DNA of 64,000 nucleotides from Escherichia coli (GTDB lineage Bacteria; Pseudomonadota; Gammaproteobacteria; Enterobacterales; Enterobacteriaceae): NCBI RefSeq assembly GCF_002854065.1, contig NZ_CP024147.1; one strand, 5' to 3'. Shown piece by piece: positions 13,263 to 27,681 of this stretch (position 1 is its first letter; each line of letters starts with the position of its first letter). The notes under the pieces were generated by a model. It saw only the letters and a program-made list of their open reading frames with translations, ran no database searches and was not told where the DNA came from. The position numbers and the translations under genes were made by a program.

Positions 13263-13527
13263 AGGTGCGCAGTAGCGTCCTCGTACAGGAGCGTTTAGTA
13301 CAATAAACATCTTCAGGAACTGCTGGAGTATACCTTGTTTCGCAATTTATTGAACCCCGATCACACCATATGCCACCTTTCTGGTCGATGGCATTACGCG
13401 GTGTATGTTATAAAAATGTAGCAATAAAGGCGTTTGTACCTGAAAAGATGAAGATTCTGCATAGCGCGATTTACGCAACAGGAATAGACTGAACACCAGA
13501 CTCTATAAAAGATGCTAAAGGTTATTT

Positions 13528-16140
13528 ATGACTCAACAGCCACAAGCCAAATACCGTCACGATTATCGTGCGCCGGATTACCAGATTACTGATATTGACT
13601 TGACCTTTGACCTCGACGCGCAAAAGACGGTCGTTACCGCGGTCAGCCAGGCTGTCCGTCATGGTGCATCAGATGCTCCGCTTCGTCTCAACGGCGAAGA
13701 CCTCAAACTGGTTTCTGTTCATATTAATGATGAGCCGTGGACCGCCTGGAAAGAAGAAGAGGGCGCACTGGTCATCAGTAATTTGCCGGAGCGTTTTACG
13801 CTTAAGATCATTAATGAAATAAGCCCGGCGGCGAATACGGCGCTGGAAGGGCTTTATCAGTCAGGCGATGCGCTTTGCACCCAGTGTGAAGCCGAAGGTT
13901 TCCGCCATATTACGTATTATCTCGACCGCCCGGACGTGCTGGCGCGTTTTACCACCAAAATTATTGCCGATAAAACCAAATATCCTTTCCTGCTTTCCAA
14001 CGGTAACCGCGTTGCGCAAGGCGAACTGGAAAACGGACGTCATTGGGTACAGTGGCAGGACCCGTTCCCGAAACCGTGCTACCTGTTTGCGCTGGTGGCA
14101 GGCGACTTTGATGTACTGCGCGACACCTTTACCACGCGTTCTGGTCGCGAAGTAGCACTGGAGCTGTACGTCGATCGCGGCAACCTTGATCGCGCGCCGT
14201 GGGCGATGACCTCGCTGAAAAACTCAATGAAATGGGATGAAGAACGCTTCGGCCTGGAGTATGACCTCGACATCTATATGATCGTCGCGGTGGATTTCTT
14301 CAATATGGGCGCAATGGAGAATAAGGGGCTGAATATCTTTAACTCCAAATATGTGCTGGCCCGCACCGATACCGCCACCGACAAAGATTACCTCGATATT
14401 GAACGCGTTATCGGCCATGAATATTTCCATAACTGGACCGGTAACCGAGTGACCTGCCGCGACTGGTTCCAGCTCAGCCTGAAAGAAGGTTTAACCGTCT
14501 TCCGCGATCAGGAATTCAGCTCTGACCTCGGTTCCCGCGCGGTAAACCGTATCAATAATGTGCGCACCATGCGCGGATTGCAGTTTGCGGAAGACGCCAG
14601 CCCGATGGCGCACCCAATCCGCCCGGACATGGTCATTGAGATGAACAACTTCTACACCCTGACTGTTTACGAGAAGGGCGCGGAGGTGATTCGCATGATC
14701 CACACCCTGCTTGGCGAAGAAAATTTCCAGAAAGGGATGCAGCTCTATTTCGAGCGTCATGATGGTAGCGCAGCGACCTGTGACGATTTTGTGCAGGCGA
14801 TGGAAGATGCGTCGAATGTCGATCTCTCCCATTTCCGCCGTTGGTACAGCCAGTCCGGTACGCCGGTTGTGACCGTCAAAGACGACTACAATCCGGAAAC
14901 CGAGCAGTACACCCTGACCATCAGCCAGCGCACGCCAGCCACGCCGGATCAGGCAGAAAAACAGCCGCTGCATATTCCTTTTGCCATCGAATTGTATGAC
15001 AACGAAGGCAAAGTGATCCCGTTGCAGAAAGGCGGTCATCCGGTGAATTCCGTGCTGAACGTCACCCAGGCGGAACAGACCTTTGTTTTTGATAATGTCT
15101 ACTTCCAGCCGGTGCCTGCGCTGCTGTGCGAATTCTCTGCGCCAGTGAAACTGGAATATAAGTGGAGCGATCAGCAACTGACCTTCCTGATGCGTCATGC
15201 GCGTAATGATTTCTCCCGTTGGGATGCGGCGCAAAGTTTGCTGGCAACCTACATCAAGCTGAACGTCGCCCGTCATCAGCAAGGGCAGCCGCTGTCTCTG
15301 CCGGTACATGTGGCTGACGCTTTCCGCGCGGTGCTGCTCGATGAGAAGATTGATCCGGCGCTGGCGGCAGAAATCCTGACGCTGCCTTCTGTCAATGAAA
15401 TGGCTGAACTGTTCGATATCATCGACCCGATTGCTATTGCCGAAGTACGCGAAGCACTCACTCGTACTCTGGCGACTGAACTGGCGGATGAGCTGCTGGC
15501 TATTTACAACGCGAATTACCAGAGCGAGTACCGTGTTGAGCATGAAGATATTGCAAAACGCACTCTGCGTAATGCCTGCCTGCGCTTCCTTGCTTTTGGT
15601 GAAACGCATCTGGCTGACGTGCTGGTGAGCAAGCAATACCATGAAGCAAACAATATGACCGATGCGCTGGCAGCGCTTTCTGCGGCGGTTGCCGCACAGC
15701 TGCCATGCCGTGACGCGCTGATGCAGGAGTACGACGACAAGTGGCATCAGGATGGTCTGGTCATGGATAAATGGTTTATCCTGCAAGCCACCAGCCCGGC
15801 GGCGAATGTGCTGGAGACGGTGCGCGGCCTGTTGCAGCATCGCTCATTTACCATGAGCAACCCGAACCGTATTCGTTCGTTGATTGGTGCGTTTGCGGGC
15901 AGCAACCCGGCAGCGTTCCATGCCGAAGATGGGAGCGGTTACCAGTTCCTGGTGGAAATGCTTACCGACCTGAACAGCCGTAACCCGCAGGTAGCTTCGC
16001 GCCTGATTGAGCCGCTGATTCGCCTGAAACGTTATGATGCCAAACGTCAGGAGAAAATGCGCGCGGCGCTGGAACAGTTGAAAGGGCTGGAAAATCTCTC
16101 TGGCGATCTGTACGAGAAGATCACCAAAGCACTGGCTTAA
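13528..16140 (+). CDS. pepN: Aminopeptidase N (PepN), 870 aa
   Basis: M1 zinc aminopeptidase motifs GAMEN and HEYFHNWTGNRVT...E. Confidence 0.96.
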   Translation: MTQQPQAKYRHDYRAPDYQITDIDLTFDLDAQKTVVTAVSQAVRHGASDAPLRLNGEDLKLVSVHINDEPWTAWKEEEGALVISNLPERFTLKIINEISPAANTALEGLYQSGDALCTQCEAEGFRHITYYLDRPDVLARFTTKIIADKTKYPFLLSNGNRVAQGELENGRHWVQWQDPFPKPCYLFALVAGDFDVLRDTFTTRSGREVALELYVDRGNLDRAPWAMTSLKNSMKWDEERFGLEYDLDIYMIVAVDFFNMGAMENKGLNIFNSKYVLARTDTATDKDYLDIERVIGHEYFHNWTGNRVTCRDWFQLSLKEGLTVFRDQEFSSDLGSRAVNRINNVRTMRGLQFAEDASPMAHPIRPDMVIEMNNFYTLTVYEKGAEVIRMIHTLLGEENFQKGMQLYFERHDGSAATCDDFVQAMEDASNVDLSHFRRWYSQSGTPVVTVKDDYNPETEQYTLTISQRTPATPDQAEKQPLHIPFAIELYDNEGKVIPLQKGGHPVNSVLNVTQAEQTFVFDNVYFQPVPALLCEFSAPVKLEYKWSDQQLTFLMRHARNDFSRWDAAQSLLATYIKLNVARHQQGQPLSLPVHVADAFRAVLLDEKIDPALAAEILTLPSVNEMAELFDIIDPIAIAEVREALTRTLATELADELLAIYNANYQSEYRVEHEDIAKRTLRNACLRFLAFGETHLADVLVSKQYHEANNMTDALAALSAAVAAQLPCRDALMQEYDDKWHQDGLVMDKWFILQATSPAANVLETVRGLLQHRSFTMSNPNRIRSLIGAFAGSNPAAFHAEDGSGYQFLVEMLTDLNSRNPQVASRLIEPLIRLKRYDAKRQEKMRAALEQLKGLENLSGDLYEKITKALA

Positions 16141-16149
16141 TAAATAACC

Positions 16150-16175
16150 GAATGGCGGCAATAGCGCCGCCATTC
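16150..16175. terminator. Bidirectional terminator between convergent pepN and ssuB
   Basis: Perfect hairpin GAATGGCGGC-aatagc-GCCGCCATTC. Confidence 0.55.
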
Positions 16176-16182
16176 GGGGATT

Positions 16183-16950
16183 TTACCCCTGTTTTCTCAG
16201 GCGAGTTTCAGACTCACCACGCTGCATTACCCGTTGCAACACTTCCGCTTCCAGCTCCGCTAATCGCACCGACCCTAATCGACGCGGACGAGGGATATCC
16301 ACTGTCAAATCCAGACCAATTTTTCCCTCTTCAATTAATAACACCCGGTCAGCCATTGCTACCGCTTCGCTCACATCATGCGTCACCAACAGTACGGTAA
16401 AGCCGTGCTCCTGCCAAAGTGACACAATCAAATCCTGCATCTCGAGTCGCGTTAAGGCATCCAGCGCCCCGAGCGGTTCATCAAGCAACAATAAACCCGG
16501 TCGATGAATCAACGCTCTTGCCAGCGCCACTCGCTGTTTCTGCCCGCCTGAAAGTGCGGCAGGCCATTCCCCGGCGCGATTCTCCAGTCCTACCGCAGCC
16601 AACGCCCGACGCGCGGCATCGCGCCACTGGCCTTTAAGGCCTAACCCAACGTTATCAATCACCGATTTCCACGGTAGCAGACGCGCATCCTGAAACATCA
16701 TTCGCGTGTCTTCCTGAATTTCAGCCAGCGGTGTGGTGCCCGCTAACACATCGCCAGCGGTTGGCGTTTCCAGACCTGCCAGCAGGCGCAGCAGGGTACT
16801 TTTGCCACCACCGCTGCGGCCCACCACCGCCACAAACTGACCTGCCGGAATATGTAAATCCAGTTGGTTCAGGACGATATTTTCCGCGTAATGTTTGCTT
16901 ACTGCATTGAGCAACAATGGCGTGCCCTGGTTCAGACGAGCAGTATTCAT
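16183..16950 (-). CDS. ssuB: Aliphatic sulfonate ABC transporter ATP-binding protein SsuB
   Basis: Walker [13 protein letters not shown] signature LSGGQKQR, Walker B LLLDEP. Confidence 0.92.
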
Positions 16951-17738
16951 ACCGTGGCCTCCTTCAAATGATAAGCCGGGTTCCAGCGCAACCAGAGGCG
17001 CTCTAACAGCTGCGCGCTGACGTCAGCCAGTTTGCCGAGCAGGGCGTAAAGAATAATGGCGACCACCACCACGTCCGTTTGCAAAAACTCCCGCGCATTC
17101 ATCGCCAGATAACCAATGCCTGAATTGGCAGAAATGGTTTCGGCAACAATCAGCGTCAGCCACATCAGGCCCAACGCAAAACGCACGCCGACCATAATTG
17201 AGGGCAGGGCACCAGGCAGGATCACATGGATAAACAGCGGTATGCCGGATAATCCATAGCTACGCGCCATCTCCACCAACCCGCGATCGATATTACGGAT
17301 GCCATGCCAGGTGTTGATATAAATGGGGAATAGCGTACCGAGCGCCACCAGAAAGATTTTTGCGGATTCATCAATGCCAAACCACAAAATCACCAGCGGG
17401 ATCAGCGCCAGATGCGGCACGTTGCGCAACATCTGAATTGAGGTATCCAGCAGTCGCTCACCCCAGCGTGACAGCCCGCTAATCAGTCCCAAAATCAACC
17501 CCAGCGATCCGCCAATTGAAAAGCCAATCAGCGCCCGCCAGGAGCTGATCGCCAGATGCTGCCACAATTCGCCGCTGGCTGAGAGCGTCCAGAACGCCAT
17601 CACCACCCCTTCCGGTGAGGGCAAAATACGCGTCGACAACCAGCCAACCGAGGAGGCCAGTTGCCACACCGCCACGATGCCCACCGGTAAAAACCAGGGG
17701 GCAACGCGCAATAACCACTTCTTCACTGGCGTTGCCAT
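16947..17738 (-). CDS. ssuC: Aliphatic sulfonate ABC transporter permease SsuC
   Basis: Polytopic membrane protein; 4-nt ATGA overlap with ssuB start. Confidence 0.92.
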
Positions 17739-17749
17739 TATCTTCTTCC

Positions 17750-18895
17750 TTAGCTTTGCGCGACTCTGCGAGGGATAAAATCATTCGCCACCGCTTCGCC
17801 TTGCGGATTCAGCGGCTGCGGCTGGGGAATTTCCGGAATGGCGACATCCAGATGTGGGAACAGCAACTCGCCGACCCGATACGCTTCTTCCAGATGCGGA
17901 TAGCCCGAAAGCATAAAGCTGTCGATGCCAAGCGCGGCATATTCGTTGATTCGCGCAGCGACCGTAGGACCATCGCCCACCAGCGCCGTCCCGGCACCGC
18001 CGCGCACTAAGCCAACGCCCGCCCATAAATTGGGGCTGATCTCCAGATTGTCGCGCTTGCCGTTATGTAGCGCTGCCATTCGCTGTTGCCCCACGGAATC
18101 CGTGCGGGCGAATGCGGCTTGTGCTTTGGCGATAGTCTCATCATCAAGATGCGAGATTAACCGCTCGGCGGCCTGCCACGCTTCGTCGTTAGTTTCACGA
18201 ACAATCACATGCAGACGAATGCCGAAACGAATTTTGCGTCCATGCGCGGCAGCTTTCGCCCGCACTTGTTCGATTTTCTCTTTAACCAGTTCTGGCGGTT
18301 CGCCCCAGGTGAGGTAGAGATCAACTTGTTCTGCCGCCAGCTCCTGGGCGACGTCTGACGATCCGCCAAAGTAAAGCGGAGGATACGGCTGTTGAATCGG
18401 CGGGAAGAGCAGTTTGGCTCCCCGCACATGAATATGTTTACCGTTGAAATCGACGGTTTCCCCCAGCAATAAGCGCCGCCAGACCTGGGTAAATTCCGCC
18501 GAGGCTTCGTAGCGCTCACTATGATCAAGGAACACGCCGTCGCCTGCCAGTTCTTGTGGATCGCTGCCTGTGACCAGGTTAAACAACGCACGTCCATTTG
18601 AGAGACGGTCAAGCGTGGCGGCCTGGCGGGCGGCAACGGTAGGTGAGGTTACGCTGGGACGCAGGGCGACAAGAAACTTCAGCCTCTGCGTCACCGGGAT
18701 CATCGATGCGGCAACCAGCCACGCATCTTCGCAGGAGCGCCCCGTTGGGATCAGCACACCGGTATAGCCAAGACGATCCGCCGCTTGCGCAATTTGTTGC
18801 AGATAACCGTGATCAACCGGGCGTGAACCTTCTTCCGTTCCCAGATAATGCCCGTCACCATGGGTCGGTAAAAACCAGAACATATTCAGACTCAT
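17750..18895 (-). CDS. ssuD: FMNH2-dependent alkanesulfonate monooxygenase SsuD, 381 aa
   Basis: Luciferase-like monooxygenase translation [19 protein letters not shown]... Confidence 0.94.
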   Translation of the reverse strand: MSLNMFWFLPTHGDGHYLGTEEGSRPVDHGYLQQIAQAADRLGYTGVLIPTGRSCEDAWLVAASMIPVTQRLKFLVALRPSVTSPTVAARQAATLDRLSNGRALFNLVTGSDPQELAGDGVFLDHSERYEASAEFTQVWRRLLLGETVDFNGKHIHVRGAKLLFPPIQQPYPPLYFGGSSDVAQELAAEQVDLYLTWGEPPELVKEKIEQVRAKAAAHGRKIRFGIRLHVIVRETNDEAWQAAERLISHLDDETIAKAQAAFARTDSVGQQRMAALHNGKRDNLEISPNLWAGVGLVRGGAGTALVGDGPTVAARINEYAALGIDSFMLSGYPHLEEAYRVGELLFPHLDVAIPEIPQPQPLNPQGEAVANDFIPRRVAQS

Positions 18896-19851
18896 AATTG
18901 TTTTCCTTCCAGTTGAGTGGGCTGCCAGATGCGTTGGCGAATATCGACTTTTTTCGGCACCAGACGGTTTTCATAAAACAGATCTGCCGTTTGCTGCTGT
19001 AAGGCGGCAACCTCGGCGTTAACCGGTTTGATGGTGGTAGGTGGGCGATGATCTAAGTAAGAGGCAATCACCGGTGCCGGTAAGCCCATCGTTTTTGCCA
19101 GTAAAGCGATGCTTTGCTCGCGCTGGCTGCGGGTTAACGCATCGGCCTCACTAAAGGTTGCCAGTACACCCTGAATAAAAGCGCCGTTTTTTTCTGCATA
19201 GGGGCGAGCTGCCAGATAAAACGCTCCGGTTTGATTGAGATCGGTGCCGTCTTTCAACACCCGCACGCCGCCCTGTAATAATGCAGCGGAGTAGTAGGGA
19301 TCCCAGATAGCCCAGGCGTCAACGTTACCTTGCTGGAACGCGGCGCGGGCATCAGCTGGCGTCAGATAAGTAGGCTGGATGTCAGTAAACTTAAGTCCGG
19401 CCTGGCGTAGTGCGCGCAGTAAAAGATTGTGTGAACTGGAACCTTTCTGGAACGCAACTTTGTGGCCTTTAAGATCGGCTACGGTTTTGATCGGGCTGTT
19501 TTCTGCCACCAGAATCACCTCGGCTTTTGGCTTTGGCGGCTCGACGCCCACATATACCAAATCAGCCCCGGCAGCCTGGGCAAAGATTGGCGGAATATCC
19601 CCGGTACTGCCGAGATCAATACTGCCAACGTTTAACGCCTCAAGCATTTGCGGGCCAGCGGGGAACTCCACCCACGAGATTTTTGTTTGCGGATAGCGTT
19701 TTTCCAGCATTTGGTAATTTTTCGCCAGCACCGAACTGATGTTGCTTTTCTGATAGCCAATCCTTAACGCCTCTGGCGAAGACTCTGCGGCAACCGCGAG
19801 TGTAGAGACGCTAAGTAAACCCGCTAGCGCCAGTTTAATGATCTTACGCAT
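18892..19851 (-). CDS. ssuA: Aliphatic sulfonate periplasmic binding protein SsuA, 319 aa
   Basis: Internal ATG at 19849-19851 gives [21 protein letters not shown] signal peptide; stop overlaps ssuD start (ATGA). Confidence 0.9.
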   Translation of the reverse strand: MRKIIKLALAGLLSVSTLAVAAESSPEALRIGYQKSNISSVLAKNYQMLEKRYPQTKISWVEFPAGPQMLEALNVGSIDLGSTGDIPPIFAQAAGADLVYVGVEPPKPKAEVILVAENSPIKTVADLKGHKVAFQKGSSSHNLLLRALRQAGLKFTDIQPTYLTPADARAAFQQGNVDAWAIWDPYYSAALLQGGVRVLKDGTDLNQTGAFYLAARPYAEKNGAFIQGVLATFSEADALTRSQREQSIALLAKTMGLPAPVIASYLDHRPPTTIKPVNAEVAALQQQTADLFYENRLVPKKVDIRQRIWQPTQLEGKQL

Positions 19852-20419
19852 GGGCATTACCTCGCAGAGAATGAAGATCAGGAACCTGAACATCGCGGCG
19901 GTGCAATGCCTGCCAGAAAGTTTCTAGCGCGGTATCAAGACGGGTTTGTAAATTCGGCGTGAACTGGGGTTTGTGATGGTAATCAATTACTTGTGAGTCA
20001 TCGGCAAACACGCCGTGCAGGATCTCCTGGGCTTTCAGCGCACTTAAAACTGGCTTAAGGGCATAATCGACCGCCAGCAGATGGGCCACCGTACCGCCCG
20101 TCGCCAGCGGTAGCACCACTTTGCCTTGCAACGCACGTTCTGGCAGCAGGTCGAGCAGGGTTTTCAGCGCACCGGAATAGGCGGCTTTATACACAGGCGT
20201 GGCGACAATCAGCCCGTCAGCCTGTTGCAACTGTTCGGTGAAGGTATTGAGTGCCGGACTATCGAAACGAGCATAAAGCAGATCTTCCGCGGCGAAGTTT
20301 TGCAGATTCCAGTGATAAACCTCTACATCCAGGCCATTTAGTTTTTCCCGCGCATATTCCAGCAAGGAGCTGGAGCGAGAAGGAAAGCGAGGACTACCCG
20401 CCAGGGTGATGACACGCAT
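19844..20419 (-). CDS. ssuE: NADPH-dependent FMN reductase SsuE, 191 aa
   Basis: [17 protein letters not shown]... flavin reductase fold; stop overlaps ssuA start by 8 nt. Confidence 0.93.
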   Translation of the reverse strand: MRVITLAGSPRFPSRSSSLLEYAREKLNGLDVEVYHWNLQNFAAEDLLYARFDSPALNTFTEQLQQADGLIVATPVYKAAYSGALKTLLDLLPERALQGKVVLPLATGGTVAHLLAVDYALKPVLSALKAQEILHGVFADDSQVIDYHHKPQFTPNLQTRLDTALETFWQALHRRDVQVPDLHSLRGNAHA

Positions 20420-20774
20420 ACTCTCTCCTTATAACCAATTGTTCTTGTTTTGTTAACATTGATAACAATTCGCTCAGTCTGTCGGAGAGACAAGAAAATG
20501 CCAAATATAAATTTTGTGTATCTTTTTCTGAAAATAAACTAAAGAAAGGGCTTTATATATCACGCATATTTATTTATTGGATAGTCATTAGATGTTGAAT
20601 CAATGAATTACTCGTTCAGGTAATATTTAAATATTCATGAAATCTATAAATTAAAGATTTGTCACTTATTGGATTTAGTATGCTTGATTTAAATGGCGGA
20701 CAATTATTGTTATTATTAAGTCTAATGTCATTTAAAGGCATTATCATATTTACGAAGAGATCAGGATGATAACG
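20420..20774. promoter_or_regulatory. AT-rich divergent control region: ssuEADCB promoter on minus strand, elf fimbrial operon promoter on plus strand
   Basis: 355-bp non-coding stretch, visibly AT-rich with A/T tracts, between divergently oriented ssuE and elfA. Confidence 0.5.
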
Positions 20775-21314
20775 ATGAAAAAAAGTGTATTGACGGCGTT
20801 TATAACTGTGGTATGTGCAACGTCCAGTGTTATGGCAGCTGATGATAATGCTATCACGGATGGTTCAGTAACATTTAATGGTAAAGTTATTGCTCCAGCT
20901 TGTACCCTGGTCGCTGCGACGAAAGATTCCGTGGTGACTTTGCCAGATGTTAGTGCCACGAAGTTGCAAACCAATGGTCAGGTTTCTGGCGTGCAAACTG
21001 ATGTGCCAATTGAATTAAAAGATTGTGATACTACCGTAACAAAAAATGCAACGTTCACCTTTAATGGCACTGCGGATACTACTCAGATTACAGCGTTTGC
21101 TAACCAGGCCTCATCTGATGCTGCTACAAACGTGGCCCTGCAAATGTATATGAATGATGGTACAACGGCCATCACGCCAGACACAGAAACCGGGAACATT
21201 TTGTTGCAGGATGGAGATCAGACGTTGACTTTTAAAGTTGATTATATCGCTACGGGGAAAGCGACTTCAGGTAATGTGAATGCGGTAACAAATTTCCATA
21301 TTAACTATTATTAA
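20775..21314 (+). CDS. elfA: Fimbrial major subunit ElfA (YcbQ), 179 aa
   Basis: ATG at 20775 gives MKKSVLTAFITVVCATSSVMA signal peptide; fimbrial subunit with conserved Cys pair and C-terminal ...NFHINYY. Confidence 0.85.
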   Translation: MKKSVLTAFITVVCATSSVMAADDNAITDGSVTFNGKVIAPACTLVAATKDSVVTLPDVSATKLQTNGQVSGVQTDVPIELKDCDTTVTKNATFTFNGTADTTQITAFANQASSDAATNVALQMYMNDGTTAITPDTETGNILLQDGDQTLTFKVDYIATGKATSGNVNAVTNFHINYY

Positions 21315-21396
21315 TAGAACTCATTAATTGTTTTGTTAATTAGTACCCCTCCAGTGTTCTGGAGGGGATATTCATATTTTTTAAGAGTGACTATTT

Positions 21397-22098
21397 ATGA
21401 AAACTTGCATAACAAAGGGAATTGTGACCGTAAGTTTAACGGCAATATTACTCAGCTGCTCATCCGCATGGGCGGCAGGTAAAGGCGGGATTGGACTTGC
21501 AGCAACACGTCTTGTTTATTCAGAAGGTGAAGAGCAAATTTCACTGGGTGTACGTAACACCAGTCCGGATGTTCCTTATCTGATTCAGTCATGGGTGATG
21601 ACCCCAGATAATAAAAAATCAGCAGACTTTATTATTACACCACCGCTATTTGTGCTGAATCCGGCTAATGAGAATCTGTTACGCATTATGTACATTGGTG
21701 CGCCGTTGGCGAAAGACAGAGAAACTCTTTTCTTCACTAGCGTACGGGCAGTCCCTTCAACAACGAAGCGGGAAGAAGGCAATACCCTGAAGATTGCCAC
21801 ACAAAGCGTCATCAAACTTTTCTGGCGACCAAAAGGTTTAGCGTATCCCTTAGGCGAGGCTCCGGCGAAACTGCGTTGCACTTCGTCAGCTGACATGGTT
21901 ACGGTCAGTAACCCAACACCTTATTTCATTACCCTGACAGACCTGAAAATAGGTGGAAAGGTAGTTAAAAATCAAATGATTTCCCCCTTTGATAAATACC
22001 AATTCTCTCTGCCAAAGGGTGCCAAAAATAGCAGCGTAACGTATCGAACCATCAATGACTACGGGGCGGAAACGCCGCAACTCAACTGTAAATCGTAA
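21397..22098 (+). CDS. elfD: Periplasmic fimbrial chaperone ElfD (YcbR), 233 aa
   Basis: PapD-like chaperone with signal peptide; directly follows the fimbrial subunit gene. Confidence 0.85.
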   Translation: MKTCITKGIVTVSLTAILLSCSSAWAAGKGGIGLAATRLVYSEGEEQISLGVRNTSPDVPYLIQSWVMTPDNKKSADFIITPPLFVLNPANENLLRIMYIGAPLAKDRETLFFTSVRAVPSTTKREEGNTLKIATQSVIKLFWRPKGLAYPLGEAPAKLRCTSSADMVTVSNPTPYFITLTDLKIGGKVVKNQMISPFDKYQFSLPKGAKNSSVTYRTINDYGAETPQLNCKS

Positions 22099-22122
22099 TT
22101 CGTCTTCAGTTAAGAGAGCGAG

Positions 22123-22587
22123 ATGTATAGAACTCACCGACAACACAGCCTGTTAAGCTCTGGTGGCGTGCCATCGTTTATTGGTGGGCTGGTGGTGTTT
22201 GTGTCGGCAGCGTTCAATGCACAAGCTGAAACCTGGTTCGATCCAGCCTTTTTCAAAGATGATCCCTCAATGGTGGCCGATTTGTCTCGTTTCGAAAAAG
22301 GACAAAAAATAACGCCAGGGGTTTATCGTGTCGATATTGTTCTGAATCAGACAATTGTAGATACGCGCAACGTCAATTTTGTTGAGATAACGCCAGAGAA
22401 GGGGATTGCCGCCTGTTTGACGACTGAAAGCCTGGATGCAATGGGCGTGAATACTGATGCATTTCCGGCTTTTAAACAACTGGACAAACAAGCGTGTGCG
22501 CTATTGGCGGAGATTATTCCGGATGCCAGCGTAACTTTTAATGTGAATAAACTCCGTCTGGAAATTTCAGTACCGCAAATTGCCATC
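22123..22587 (+). pseudogene. elfC: Outer membrane fimbrial usher ElfC (YcbS), N-terminal fragment truncated by IS2 insertion
   Basis: Usher N-terminal domain translation ...LRLEISVPQIAI runs straight into the IS2 left end, where a stop codon is met. Confidence 0.85.
22583..22587. repeat. Target-site duplication CCATC, left copy
   Basis: Identical 5-mer immediately flanks both IS2 ends. Confidence 0.85.
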
Positions 22588-22678
22588 TAGACTGGCCCCC
22601 TGAATCTCCAGACAACCAATATCACTTAAATAAGTGATAGTCTTAATACTAGTTTTTAGACTAGTCATTGGAGAACAG

Positions 22679-23044
22679 ATGATTGATGTCTTAGGGCCGG
22701 AGAAACGCAGACGGCGTACCACACAGGAAAAGATCGCAATTGTTCAGCAGAGCTTTGAACCGGGGATGACGGTCTCCCTCGTTGCCCGGCAACATGGTGT
22801 AGCAGCCAGCCAGTTATTTCTCTGGCGTAAGCAATACCAGGAAGGAAGTCTTACTGCTGTCGCCGCCGGAGAACAGGTTGTTCCTGCCTCTGAACTTGCT
22901 GCCGCCATGAAGCAGATTAAAGAACTCCAGCGCCTGCTCGGCAAGAAAACGATGGAAAATGAACTCCTCAAAGAAGCCGTTGAATATGGACGGGCAAAAA
23001 AGTGGATAGCGCACGCGCCCTTATTGCCCGGGGATGGGGAGTAA
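22679..23044 (+). CDS. insC: IS2 transposase OrfA (InsC), 121 aa, helix-turn-helix DNA-binding protein
   Basis: ATG at 22679 gives [26 protein letters not shown]...; track start 22634 is an upstream non-ATG codon. Confidence 0.93.
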
Positions 23045-23907
23045 GCTTAGTCAGCCGTTGTCTCCGGGTGTCGCGTGCGCAGTTGCACGTCATTCTCAGA
23101 CGAACCGATGACTGGATGGATGGCCGCCGCAGTCGTCACACTGATGATACGGATGTGCTTCTCCGTATACACCATGTTATCGGAGAGCTGCCCACGTATG
23201 GTTATCGTCGGGTATGGGCGCTGCTTCGCAGACAGGCAGAACTTGATGGTATGCCTGCGATCAATGCCAAACGTGTTTACCGGATCATGCGCCAGAATGC
23301 GCTGTTGCTTGAGCGAAAACCTGCTGTACCGCCATCGAAACGGGCACATACAGGCAGAGTGGCCGTGAAAGAAAGCAATCAGCGATGGTGCTCTGACGGG
23401 TTCGAGTTCTGCTGTGATAACGGAGAGAGACTGCGTGTCACGTTCGCGCTGGACTGCTGTGATCGTGAGGCACTGCACTGGGCGGTCACTACCGGCGGCT
23501 TCAACAGTGAAACAGTACAGGACGTCATGCTGGGAGCGGTGGAACGCCGCTTCGGCAACGATCTTCCGTCGTCTCCAGTGGAGTGGCTGACGGATAATGG
23601 TTCATGCTACCGGGCTAATGAAACACGCCAGTTCGCCCGGATGTTGGGACTTGAACCGAAGAACACGGCGGTGCGGAGTCCGGAGAGTAACGGAATAGCA
23701 GAGAGCTTCGTGAAAACGATAAAGCGTGACTACATCAGTATCATGCCCAAACCAGACGGGTTAACGGCAGCAAAGAACCTTGCAGAGGCGTTCGAGCATT
23801 ATAACGAATGGCATCCGCATAGTGCGCTGGGTTATCGCTCGCCACGGGAATATCTGCGGCAGCGGGCTTGTAATGGGTTAAGTGATAACAGATGTCTGGA
23901 AATATAG
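23002..23907 (+). CDS. insD: IS2 transposase OrfB (InsD), DDE catalytic domain, 301 codons; in -1 frame relative to insC
   Basis: GTG start at 23002 overlapping the A6G slippery heptamer (22996-23002); integrase-like DDE-domain translation. Confidence 0.92.
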
Positions 23908-23918
23908 GGGCAAATCCA

Positions 23919-27120
<3,202 letters not shown>

Positions 27121-27131
27121 CGCGTGAACGT

Positions 27132-27674
27132 ATGAAGAAAAAAACGATATTTCAGTGCGTTATCTTGTTCTTTAGCATTCTTAACATCCATGTCGGGATG
27201 GCTGGGCCTGAACAAGTTAGTATGCATATTTATGAGAATGTGGTCGATCAGGGCTGTGATGTCGCCACCAAAAGTGCATTACAAAATATTCATATTGGCG
27301 ATTTTAATATCAGTGATTTTCAGGCCGCGAATACCGTAAGCACTGCTGCTGATTTGAATATCGATATCACCGGTTGTGCCGCTAGTATTACTGGCGCGGA
27401 CGTCCTTTTTAGCGGCGAGGCTGACACCCTTGCACCGACACTGCTCAAACTAACTGACACAGGCGGAAGCGGTGGTATGGCAACAGGGATTGCCGTGCAA
27501 ATTCTTGATGCGCAAAGTCAGCAAGAAATCCCGCTCAATCAGGTCCAGCCTCTTACGCCCTTAAAAGCCGGGGATAACACACTCAAATATCAACTTCGTT
27601 ATAAGTCCACAAAGGCGGGAGCAACGGGCGGTAATGCGACGGCGGTTCTCTATTTTGATCTGGTTTACCAGTGA
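27132..27674 (+). CDS. ycbU: Fimbrial-like protein YcbU, 180 aa
   Basis: Signal peptide, fimbrial subunit-like with Cys pair. Confidence 0.8.
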   Translation: MKKKTIFQCVILFFSILNIHVGMAGPEQVSMHIYENVVDQGCDVATKSALQNIHIGDFNISDFQAANTVSTAADLNIDITGCAASITGADVLFSGEADTLAPTLLKLTDTGGSGGMATGIAVQILDAQSQQEIPLNQVQPLTPLKAGDNTLKYQLRYKSTKAGATGGNATAVLYFDLVYQ

Positions 27675-27681
27675 AGGAGTG

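Larger units (their letters stand above)
22588..23918 (+). mobile_element. Insertion sequence IS2 (IS3 family), complete 1331-bp copy
   Basis: Left end TAGACTGGCCCCCTGAATCTCC and right end ...GGAAATATAGGGGCAAATCCA match the IS2 termini as recalled; imperfect ~41-bp inverted repeats; contains insC and insD; flanked by 5-bp direct repeats. Confidence 0.95.

Noticed and set aside
14491-15840. 449-aa ORF on the minus strand
   Set aside because: Lies entirely antisense within pepN, whose product is unmistakable. Such long antisense frames are common opposite highly biased coding sequence; there is no ribosome-binding site or recognisable domain.
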